Shown one piece after another: positions 1-7,156 of a stretch of DNA of 29,405 nucleotides (positions are counted from its first letter, which is position 1; each line of letters opens with the position of its first letter). The notes beneath the pieces were generated by a model. It was not told the DNA's origin, made no database searches, and saw only the letters and a program-made list of their open reading frames with translations. The stretch is from the NCBI GenBank assembly GCA_964531405.1, contig CAZHHK010000028.1, positions 1 through 29,405 of the forward strand, written 5' to 3'. Source of the stretch: an uncultured Spirochaetales bacterium. Lineage in GTDB: Bacteria > Spirochaetota > GWE2-31-10 > JAFGQB01. The position numbers and the translations under genes were made by a program.

Positions 1-1322
1 TCATTGTTATTGTTTAATATCAAATCGAGTTTTTCTTTGATATTATTCATATTTTTATTATGATATTCTCTCCTTAAGTATTCTAGCATATTTACAAAAA
101 TTGCAGAATCCATTATCGAGTCATCTATATTTTCTTCCAATTGAATTATCGATTTTATCATATCCATTTTTTCCATAATTTTTGAAAGAGGGATATTAAA
201 CCAACTTGATAAATTTTTTATGCCTTCTTCAAGATTATCTATCCTGTAGCAAGGCAGAGTTATGGTAAAGATCGAGCCGCCGCCGATGTTGTCTTCAACA
301 CTTAATGTTCCTTTTTCGGATTCTATTATATTTTTTGTAATCCATAGCCCTCTTCCCGAACCTTCGATATTCTTATTTTTATTCATTCTGTAATATTTTT
401 GAAATATTTTATCTTTCTCTTCATCTGGTATGCCTATGCCGTGATCTATGATTTTTATTATTATATTATTGTTGCTGTACGTTAAATTAATTTCAACGAT
501 ACTGTCATTTGCAGAATACTTCAACGCATTTTCTATTAAATTCGCAATTGCATTTTTTAACAGGCTGGAAACTTCGGCAAACAAAAGTCTATATGATGTG
601 TAATAGAATTTTATTCTTGAGTGATCGGCTATATTAATCCTGTCTTTTGATATTTTCATGTTTCTGATCATTTCAACAATCGATAGAATTCTTTTGTTTG
701 ATTTTATATACCCGACTGCTTCCATGGTAAGCTCAAATAACTCATTTACGCATTCTTCTATCATACATAAAAGGGGACTGTCGGGATTTTGATGAATTAA
801 TGCCCATATATTTGAATAGATATTTCTAGTATCATGAGAAAGTATCTCAAGGCTTGTTTCAAGTATTGCATTTTGTTTTTCAAGTTCATCTTTTTTTTCT
901 TCAACGATATCTTTTTGTCTTTTTAATTCATCCATCAACCTTTTTTGATTAAGCTGCGCATCTATCCTGGCTAAAAGCTCGTGCTTTCTGAAAGGTTTTG
1001 TAATATAATCAACTCCGCCTATTTCAAAAGCTTTTTTAAAATTTTCAATATCATTTAATGCTGTCACAAATATTATTGGTATTTCCTTGCCTAGCTCACT
1101 TGTTTTTAGCAATTTTGCAACTTCAAATCCGTCCATTTTTGGCATAATGATATCTAAAAGAATCAAATCCGGGGATTTTTCCTTGATGCCTTTAAATAGA
1201 TTTAATAAATCAACGCCTGATTCGGCTGTGAAAACTTCATAATCGGTATTTTTTTTAATAATTGATGCTATTCTTTCTCTGTTTTCTTCTGCATCATCGA
1301 CAATGCATATTCTACTTGACAT
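1..1322 (-). CDS. Hybrid response-regulator/histidine kinase (N-terminal REC, HisKA, HATPase_c); 3' end runs off the window (partial)
   Basis: The reading frame is open from ATG at 1322..1320 down to the window edge. No complete ORF is listed here, consistent with an edge-truncated gene. The frame was verified by hand-translating 1141-1202 (NLFKGIKEKSPDLILLDIIMP). The N-terminus MSSRICIVDDAEENRE...LILLDIIMPKMDGFEVAK is a receiver domain with the acceptor Asp at about position 57, followed by ...FVTAL... and ...YITKPF.... Downstream there is an H-box-like LSHDTRN, an N-box NLIENALKYS, a G1 box IDHGIGIP and a G2 box GSGRGLWITK. Confidence 0.8.
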   Translation of the reverse strand, partial: MSSRICIVDDAEENRERIASIIKKNTDYEVFTAESGVDLLNLFKGIKEKSPDLILLDIIMPKMDGFEVAKLLKTSELGKEIPIIFVTALNDIENFKKAFEIGGVDYITKPFRKHELLARIDAQLNQKRLMDELKRQKDIVEEKKDELEKQNAILETSLEILSHDTRNIYSNIWALIHQNPDSPLLCMIEECVNELFELTMEAVGYIKSNKRILSIVEMIRNMKISKDRINIADHSRIKFYYTSYRLLFAEVSSLLKNAIANLIENALKYSANDSIVEINLTYSNNNIIIKIIDHGIGIPDEEKDKIFQKYYRMNKNKNIEGSGRGLWITKNIIESEKGTLSVEDNIGGGSIFTITLPCYRIDNLEEGIKNLSSWFNIPLSKIMEKMDMIKSIIQLEENIDDSIMDSAIFVNMLEYLRREYHNKNMNNIKEKLDLILNNNN

Positions 1323-1454
1323 TATATATTATCCATTAAAATATTTTTTTACTTTAATTTTTACTTTTTCAATTATATTATAACATTTAAGCAGCAGAAA
1401 AGTAAATTTTTTAAAAAAAATTTATTCTTTAATTAATTTTTTTTAAAAAAAACA

Positions 1455-1483
1455 TTGACATATTGTACTATTACATATATAAT
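1455..1483 (+). promoter_or_regulatory. Near-consensus sigma70 promoter of the GntR-led operon (-35 TTGACA 1455-1460, 17-bp spacer, -10 TATAAT 1478-1483)
   Basis: Both hexamers match consensus exactly and the spacing is optimal. They lie 42 bp upstream of the TTG start at 1525, which has a GAGGA Shine-Dalgarno at 1515-1519. Confidence 0.6.
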
Positions 1484-1505
1484 TGTATTATTACAATAGT
1501 ACAAT
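1462..1505. promoter_or_regulatory. Candidate operator: 11-bp perfect inverted repeat ATTGTACTATT / AATAGTACAAT, plus tandem 14-mers TTGTAcTATTACAt (1463-1476) and TTGTAtTATTACAA (1483-1496) overlapping the promoter
   Basis: The arms are at 1462-1472 and 1495-1505. The two TTGTA-N4-TACAA palindromes sit 20 bp apart centre to centre, one in the -35/-10 spacer and one over the predicted start site. The GT...AC palindrome type is what GntR-family repressors typically bind. Confidence 0.5.
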
Positions 1506-1524
1506 TATATAAGAAGAGGATGAA

Positions 1525-1962
1525 TTGAACAAAGATAAAAATAATGTTCAATTTTATAGAGAGAGAAACTCATATTTAAAAGAATTGGGCATAAATTTTA
1601 TACTTGATAATAAAAGCGGGGTTCCCTTTTATAGGCAGATTATCCAGATGGTTGAATACAATATTGCCATAGAAAAATTAAAGCCCGGCGATAAGCTGCC
1701 TACTGTAAGAAGTCTCGCGGTTGATTTAAAAATCAATCCGAATACAGTTGCAAAAGCTTATACAGAGCTTGAAATCAGAGGACTTGTTAATACTCAAGTC
1801 GGCAGCGGTACTTTTATAAGCGATAAAAAAGTTGATTTGCCTCAAGCCGAATTGAATAAAAAAATCGATGAGAATGTTGCTCAGTTTATTGATAAAATGA
1901 AATTATTTAACTTGAAGAAGGATGATATAATAAATTTAATTAAAAATTATAAAGAGGATTAA
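1525..1962 (+). CDS. GntR-family transcriptional regulator, short YtrA-like subfamily (145 aa)
   Basis: It has a winged-HTH core, PFYRQIIQMVEYNIAIEKLKPGDKLPTVRSLAVDLKINPNTVAKAYTELEIRGLVNTQVGSGTFI, and only a short (about 55 aa) C-terminal tail. This is the YtrA architecture, which is classically encoded next to ABC transporter operons. It uses a TTG start with a GAGGA Shine-Dalgarno. Confidence 0.85.
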   Translation: MNKDKNNVQFYRERNSYLKELGINFILDNKSGVPFYRQIIQMVEYNIAIEKLKPGDKLPTVRSLAVDLKINPNTVAKAYTELEIRGLVNTQVGSGTFISDKKVDLPQAELNKKIDENVAQFIDKMKLFNLKKDDIINLIKNYKED

Positions 1963-1966
1963 TAAA

Positions 1967-3064
1967 ATGTTTAATTTAAAGAAAGATGAAAATTATTTGA
2001 TTAAAAATCTTCCGAAAAAATATTTTCAGAGTGATTTTTCATTGAATCCGTTTAATTCACTTATATTTATATTATTTACGTCATTCGCATTTTATATATT
2101 TATAAATTATGGAGATTATTCTCAAGCATTTAATTTATATGATATAGCAATATTATTGATTTTTCCTTTTTTATTTATAGTATCGTTTATTTTTGTAAGT
2201 AAGTGGGAATCGATTATTAAGGTAAGTTTACTAACAGTAATAATTTTATATTTTATTAAAGGTTTGCAGTCATTTTATTTCAGCATACCTTTAGTTACAG
2301 GAGCTATTATGTCAATGATATTTCAAATTGCCAGGGAGTGGGAAAGAGCAATAGTATTAAGACTCGGGAAATTCAAGAAGGTTAAGGGTCCGGGATTATT
2401 TCTTTTATTCCCGTTTATTGATTCGGTAAATAAAAAAGTTGATTTAAGGATAAGAGTCACGGATTTTGCAGCAGAAACAACTTTGACAAAAGATTCGGTT
2501 ACTGTAACTGTTGATGCCCTGTGCTTCTGGATGGTCTGGGATCCTGAGAAAGCAGTCCTTGAAGTTGAAAATTATATGGATGCCGTAGTTTTGAGTTCTC
2601 AAACTGCATTGCGGGCAGCAATAAGCCGTAATGACCTGTCCACATTGCTTGAAGATAGTGAACATATTGAAGATATGGTACGAAAGGAAGTTGATAAAAA
2701 AACAACCGAATGGGGTATAACAATTACACATATCGAGATTACCGATATACAGATACCTAAGGAGCTTCAGGATTCAATGAGCAGGCTTGCTCAGGCTGAA
2801 AGGGAGAAAAAATCAAGGATACTTCTTGGAGAAGCTGAAATTGAGCTTGCAAAGAAATTTAATGAGGCTTCAGAATATTATAAAAATAACGATATCGCTC
2901 TTAAATTGAGAGCAATGCATGTTTTGAATGAGGGTTTAAAAGCAGGGAATTCTATGATGATGGTGCCTTCGAATATTATGGAGCAATTGTCTACAAAGGA
3001 TTTATTCGGGATTCAGGCTCTTGAAGAAATAAATAAGATCAAAAATAAATCGGAGGAAAAATGA
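1967..3064 (+). CDS. SPFH/band-7 (stomatin/QmcA-like) membrane protein with an unusual 3-TM N-terminal extension
   Basis: The SPFH core REWERAIVLRLGKF...VDLRIRVTDF...TKDSVTVTVDALCFWMVWDPEKAVLEVENY...EWGITITHIEITDIQIPKELQDSMSRLAQAEREKKSRILLGEAEIELAKKF aligns by eye to E. coli QmcA. The first 110 aa contain 4 hydrophobic helices, where canonical stomatins have 1. Confidence 0.85.
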   Translation: MFNLKKDENYLIKNLPKKYFQSDFSLNPFNSLIFILFTSFAFYIFINYGDYSQAFNLYDIAILLIFPFLFIVSFIFVSKWESIIKVSLLTVIILYFIKGLQSFYFSIPLVTGAIMSMIFQIAREWERAIVLRLGKFKKVKGPGLFLLFPFIDSVNKKVDLRIRVTDFAAETTLTKDSVTVTVDALCFWMVWDPEKAVLEVENYMDAVVLSSQTALRAAISRNDLSTLLEDSEHIEDMVRKEVDKKTTEWGITITHIEITDIQIPKELQDSMSRLAQAEREKKSRILLGEAEIELAKKFNEASEYYKNNDIALKLRAMHVLNEGLKAGNSMMMVPSNIMEQLSTKDLFGIQALEEINKIKNKSEEK

Positions 3065-3738
3065 AAATAATCGAAACAAAAGATTTATACAAGGATTATG
3101 AGATTAATTCCATTAAGGTCAATGCATTAAGGGGGGTTAGTGTATCATTTGATAAAGGCGAGTTTGCTGCAATCGTAGGACCTTCTGGCAGTGGTAAATC
3201 TACATTGCTTCATTTAATAGGTTGTCTTGATACTATAACTAAAGGCGATATTTTTGTTGACGGTGAGGATATAACTAAGCTTAATAAAAATAAACTTGCT
3301 CTCTTAAGAAGACAGAAAATCGGTTTTATTTTTCAGGCATACAACTTGATACCGGTTTTGACTGCTTTAGAAAACGTTTCGTTTCCATTGATTCTTCTTG
3401 GTGAAAATCCAAAAGAGATAAAAGAGAAGTCATACTATGCGTTAAAGCAGGTAGGACTTGAAGGCATGGAAAACAGAAAGCCAAAGGAGCTATCAGGTGG
3501 ACAGCAGCAGAGGATAGCTATTGCCAGAGCATTGGTGAAAAAACCTCAATTGATACTTGCCGATGAACCCACGGCAAACCTGGATTCTAAGACCGGAAGT
3601 GAGATTCTTGAAATAATGCTTAACCTTAATGAAACAGAGAAAACAACCTTTATATTTTCTACTCATGATAAGATGGTTATGGATTATGCAAGAAGACTGA
3701 TATTCCTGCGTGATGGTAAGATCACACAAGGAGCATAA
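3061..3738 (+). CDS. ABC transporter ATP-binding protein (LolD/MacB-ATPase/FtsE-like)
   Basis: It carries Walker A GPSGSGKST, the Q-loop, signature LSGGQQQRIAIARAL, Walker B LILADEPT and an H-loop FSTHD. Its start overlaps the upstream stop (ATGA), and there is a GGAGG Shine-Dalgarno. Confidence 0.9.
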   Translation: MKIIETKDLYKDYEINSIKVNALRGVSVSFDKGEFAAIVGPSGSGKSTLLHLIGCLDTITKGDIFVDGEDITKLNKNKLALLRRQKIGFIFQAYNLIPVLTALENVSFPLILLGENPKEIKEKSYYALKQVGLEGMENRKPKELSGGQQQRIAIARALVKKPQLILADEPTANLDSKTGSEILEIMLNLNETEKTTFIFSTHDKMVMDYARRLIFLRDGKITQGA

Positions 3739-3741
3739 TAA

Positions 3742-5046
3742 ATGAAGGATAACACAAAAACGAATTTAATTATCATTGCATATCGTAATCTTTACAGGCA
3801 TAAGGTGAAAACAATTATAACTGTTATAGCAGTGGCAATCGGAGTAAGTCTTTTTATTTTTATTGACTCGTGGCTTTATGGAATGAATATTGATTCCAGA
3901 AGGAATATTGTAAATTTTGAAACAGGAAGTGCAAAGATTTATTCAAGAGCATATTACTCAAAGATAGACGAAAAACCTATGTATGAATCTTTTAATAATT
4001 ATGAGCCGATACTGGCCAAGCTTTACGAAAATGGTTATAACACAAGCGTTCACAGTGTCTTTCCCGGCAGTTTAAAAAGCCAGGATGAAGAGCTTCCTTT
4101 TGAATTTATTGGTATTGACCCTGAAAAGGAAAAGTCTATGTTTCTCTCATATAAATTTGTAAGCGAAGGCAAGTATCCGGAAAGTGGAAACTTTGAAATA
4201 CTCATAGGTTACCTTGGTGCAAAAAATCTTAAAGTCAAAGCAGGTGACACCGTTAAATTAATTACAGTTATAGATAAGAGGGATAATAACGGTATTATAA
4301 GGCATATAAATCAAGTAATAGATTTAAAAGTCTGTGGCATTATTAATTCGCCTAACCCTAAGACAAATGGTAATGTGGGATATATACCGCTTGATGTACT
4401 GCAGGATGAGCTTGGGATACTTCTTGAAGGGAGTATTACTGAAATTTGCATACGTAAAAAAAATCCCGACATAACTGCACTTCCCGGAAAAGATGAATCT
4501 GCTGTGCATATTAAAAAAATCCTTGGTGATACTCTGCCACGTGATTTAGTCCTTATAGATTGGATTGAGGATGTCAAGGATTATGTTGCTGCATCAAGTC
4601 AGGATATTGTATCAAATAACATTATTATAGGTTTATTGTTTCTCCTTGCATTCATAGGTATAGCGAACACAATGCTTATGGCTGTACTTGAAAGGACCAA
4701 GGAGATCGGTATGCTAAGAGCGCTTGGTATGAAGGATTTTTCTATACTAAAATTATTTGTTTATGAAGCAGGTTTAATAGGGCTGATTGGCTCTGTAATC
4801 GGTATAATACTGGGAGTGCTGATTAATCTTTACATGGTTAACTATGGTATAGATTATACAAAAATGCTTGAACAATTTGGTACGGATTACGGCTACAGAG
4901 TTGTAGGCATTTTTAAATCCGCATGGAATATCCCTGTTATTTTTATGAGTGGTATTATTGCAACATTGATTTCGGCGTTGACAGCTATTTTGCCGACTTT
5001 AAAGGCACTTAAGATGTCTATAGTCGATGCGTTACGGTTTGAATGA
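3742..5046 (+). CDS. ABC transporter permease, FtsX/MacB/LolC-E type (N-terminal TM, about 250-aa periplasmic domain, C-terminal 3-TM FtsX domain)
   Basis: The N-terminus IIAYRNLYRHKVKTIITVIAVAIGVSLFIF is typical of MacB/Lol permeases. The C-terminal FtsX region is IGLLFLLAFIGIANTMLMAVLERTKEIGMLRALGMKDFSILKLFVYEAGLIGLIGSVIG. There is an AAGGAG Shine-Dalgarno. Confidence 0.85.
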   Translation: MKDNTKTNLIIIAYRNLYRHKVKTIITVIAVAIGVSLFIFIDSWLYGMNIDSRRNIVNFETGSAKIYSRAYYSKIDEKPMYESFNNYEPILAKLYENGYNTSVHSVFPGSLKSQDEELPFEFIGIDPEKEKSMFLSYKFVSEGKYPESGNFEILIGYLGAKNLKVKAGDTVKLITVIDKRDNNGIIRHINQVIDLKVCGIINSPNPKTNGNVGYIPLDVLQDELGILLEGSITEICIRKKNPDITALPGKDESAVHIKKILGDTLPRDLVLIDWIEDVKDYVAASSQDIVSNNIIIGLLFLLAFIGIANTMLMAVLERTKEIGMLRALGMKDFSILKLFVYEAGLIGLIGSVIGIILGVLINLYMVNYGIDYTKMLEQFGTDYGYRVVGIFKSAWNIPVIFMSGIIATLISALTAILPTLKALKMSIVDALRFE

Positions 5047-5068
5047 TGCCAAAGGAGATAGCTTTATT

Positions 5069-6346
5069 ATGAAAGAAAAAAATAAAAAAGGCGGATTATT
5101 GTTCATTATAAAAATTGCATACCGGAATATTTATAGGAATTTACGAAGATCATTATTGTGCTTTATAGCAATAGCCCTTGCAGTATTTTTCATTATATTT
5201 TCGATAAGCTTTATGGATGGGATGTTTGGCAGTTCGTATAATATTATTAAAACGTTTGAAATTGGCGATATATCGATTTATACGAAAGAATATGAAAGTA
5301 AAAAAGATTTTTATCCCCTGCAATATCCGATAGAGCCTGCTGGAAATGATCTTGGTGGTATGATAAATGAAATAAAATCGATAAAAGGTGTTAAGGAAGT
5401 ATTCCCGAGGATTAAAAGTTATGCAACGTTGAGCGATAGTAATGTTAAACATGCAATAATCTGGGGCATCGATATAGATAATGAGATGAAAGCAAATTAT
5501 TTTAATCTTAGAGACAGATCAAATGGGTTAAAACTTGGGCGTTATCCAAATCCGGATGAAAACGGCTGTGCCATTGGCATGGTGCTTGCAAAAAGACTAG
5601 GGCTAACGATAGGTAACAGGATACAATTAAAAATTATTTCTAGCCAGTATTCGGATAAATTTTATACTCCTGTGATTACCGGCATATTTGATTACGACTT
5701 TGGCATGGTAAATAAAAATTTCATTGTTGTCTCTTTTGATAGGTTGCAAAAACTTGCGGTATTAAAGGGTAAGACTCAAACATTGAGTGTATATCTTGAT
5801 AATCCTGCAAAAGCAAAACAGATTAAGACTCAAATAGCGGACAAGCTTAATGACGACACTTTAAAAATAATGAGCTGGGAGGAGCATTATTTTACTATAC
5901 TTGTCAAACAAAGCGATATAATAATGAGGATTGTTCTTTTAATATTTGTAATTGTTGCATCATTTTTAATTATAAATACTATTTTAATGGTTATCCATGA
6001 AAGGATAAAAGAAATCGGCATGATGGGCTCACTTGGTATGACACGGTTTGAGATAGTCGAAGTTTTCTTTTTTGAATCAATTTTTTTAAGTTTAATTGGT
6101 TCGGTTATCGGTGTTATAATCGGAGGCATGGCGACACTTTTGGGGTCTTTTTATCCGATAGATATAAATGTTTTTACAGGAGGAGGCATGGAGAATGCAC
6201 CTTTTAGCAATACATTATTCATTAAATTTTCATTTAAAATAATTATTGAGGGATTTTTATTTGGAGTATTAACTTCTTCGATATGCACAATATTTCCGTC
6301 GTTAAAAGCCGCGTTCGTCGAACCGGTTGAGGCATTAAGAAGATGA
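5069..6346 (+). CDS. Second FtsX/MacB/LolC-E-type ABC permease
   Basis: It has the same architecture: IAYRNIYRNLRRSLLCFIAIALAVFF at the N-terminus and IVLLIFVIVASFLIINTILMVIHERIKEIGMMGSLGMTRFEIVEVFFFESIFLSLIGSVIG in the FtsX region. I prefer ATG 5069 (MKEKNKKGG), which has an AAGGAG at 5052-5057, over the tracked ATG 5027, which would overlap the upstream gene by 20 nt. Confidence 0.8.
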   Translation: MKEKNKKGGLLFIIKIAYRNIYRNLRRSLLCFIAIALAVFFIIFSISFMDGMFGSSYNIIKTFEIGDISIYTKEYESKKDFYPLQYPIEPAGNDLGGMINEIKSIKGVKEVFPRIKSYATLSDSNVKHAIIWGIDIDNEMKANYFNLRDRSNGLKLGRYPNPDENGCAIGMVLAKRLGLTIGNRIQLKIISSQYSDKFYTPVITGIFDYDFGMVNKNFIVVSFDRLQKLAVLKGKTQTLSVYLDNPAKAKQIKTQIADKLNDDTLKIMSWEEHYFTILVKQSDIIMRIVLLIFVIVASFLIINTILMVIHERIKEIGMMGSLGMTRFEIVEVFFFESIFLSLIGSVIGVIIGGMATLLGSFYPIDINVFTGGGMENAPFSNTLFIKFSFKIIIEGFLFGVLTSSICTIFPSLKAAFVEPVEALRR

Positions 6347-6379
6347 TTGTAGTTTAAAAATATTTTTTTGGAGAAATAA

Positions 6380-7114
6380 ATGACAAAATTTTTTATATCT
6401 ATTTTAATTTTTATTTTTGTGATTATAAATGCTTTCCCTGAGGATGCTTTATCAATAATTAAAAAAATCGATGCAAATCAGATTTATGGTACGATCAAAT
6501 ATGAGGGGGACATGATTATATATATATCCGGCAAGACGTATAAAAAAAATTTTTATGCATATGGCAAAGGGCAAAACACTTTTTTTTGTGAATTTACCAA
6601 TGCCGATGATGCCGGGACAAAATATCTTAAATTAAACGGCAACCTCTTTGTTTATTCTCCCGATGCTGAAGAAATAATACCTGTAGTTGGACACATGCTA
6701 AAGGAATCAGTAATGGGATCAGATATGAGTTATGAGGATACGATAAACAATGATACTCTGGAAAGCCAGTACAATCCGACAATTGTCGGAGAAGATGAAT
6801 TTAACGGGAACAAGGTCTGGGTACTTGAACTAACAGGCAAGAAAAAAACAATATCCTATCCAAAAAGAAAAATCTGGGTTAGCAAAGAAAACTATCTTCC
6901 TTTAAAAACAGAGTATTATGCATTATCAGGTGCTATTTTAAAAGAAGAAACGATTATAGAATATAAAAAAATAGGGAATAGGATTTTTCCTACAGTCTCA
7001 GAGATGAGGGATTTATTGAGAAAAAATTCAAAGACAGTTTTTAAGATGAATAATGTCGAACTCGACGTTAAATTGCCAGATAATATATTTAGTATGCAGA
7101 GTCTTGAAAAATAA
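6380..7114 (+). CDS. Secreted LolA-like protein (outer-membrane lipoprotein-sorting-protein-like fold), 244 aa
   Basis: It has a signal peptide MTKFFISILIFIFVIINAF. Its size, beta-rich composition and the pattern ...VVGHMLKESVMGSDMSYEDT...GEDEFNGNKVWVLEL...KIWVSKENYLPLK.EYYALSGAILKE resemble the LolA-like family that co-occurs with FtsX-type ABC systems. The assignment is by pattern only. Confidence 0.55.
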   Translation: MTKFFISILIFIFVIINAFPEDALSIIKKIDANQIYGTIKYEGDMIIYISGKTYKKNFYAYGKGQNTFFCEFTNADDAGTKYLKLNGNLFVYSPDAEEIIPVVGHMLKESVMGSDMSYEDTINNDTLESQYNPTIVGEDEFNGNKVWVLELTGKKKTISYPKRKIWVSKENYLPLKTEYYALSGAILKEETIIEYKKIGNRIFPTVSEMRDLLRKNSKTVFKMNNVELDVKLPDNIFSMQSLEK

Positions 7115-7156
7115 ATGAGTCAGTATATCAATAAATGTCAGATTTGAGGAATGAGT

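Noticed and set aside
2444-2731. Short antisense ORFs nested inside large genes. These include 2444-2731, 2499-2723, 3493-3729, 4311-4577, 4324-4509, 5153-5452, 5887-6129, 8045-8299, 11473-11661, 12975-13286, 13506-14085, 14408-14970, 17519-17869, 18342-18713, 20171-20359, 21095-21319, 23657-24447, 25656-25892, 26380-26676, 27640-28074 and 28459-29076.
   Set aside because: Each one lies entirely within a well-supported, motif-rich gene on the opposite strand or in another frame. They have no Shine-Dalgarno and low-complexity or odd composition, which is typical of spurious ORFs. The 205-aa ORF at 28459-29076 is just the Ala/Gly-rich antisense of hppA.
5027-5068. Alternative longer starts from the ORF track: 5027 for the second permease, 13267 for the hybrid kinase, 9166 for DJ-1, 27140 (TTG) for hppA and 7151 for the OMP.
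   Set aside because: Each has a downstream in-frame ATG (5069, 13216, 9133, 27167, 7157) with a better-placed Shine-Dalgarno and no overlap with the upstream gene. The longer forms are kept only as alternatives.
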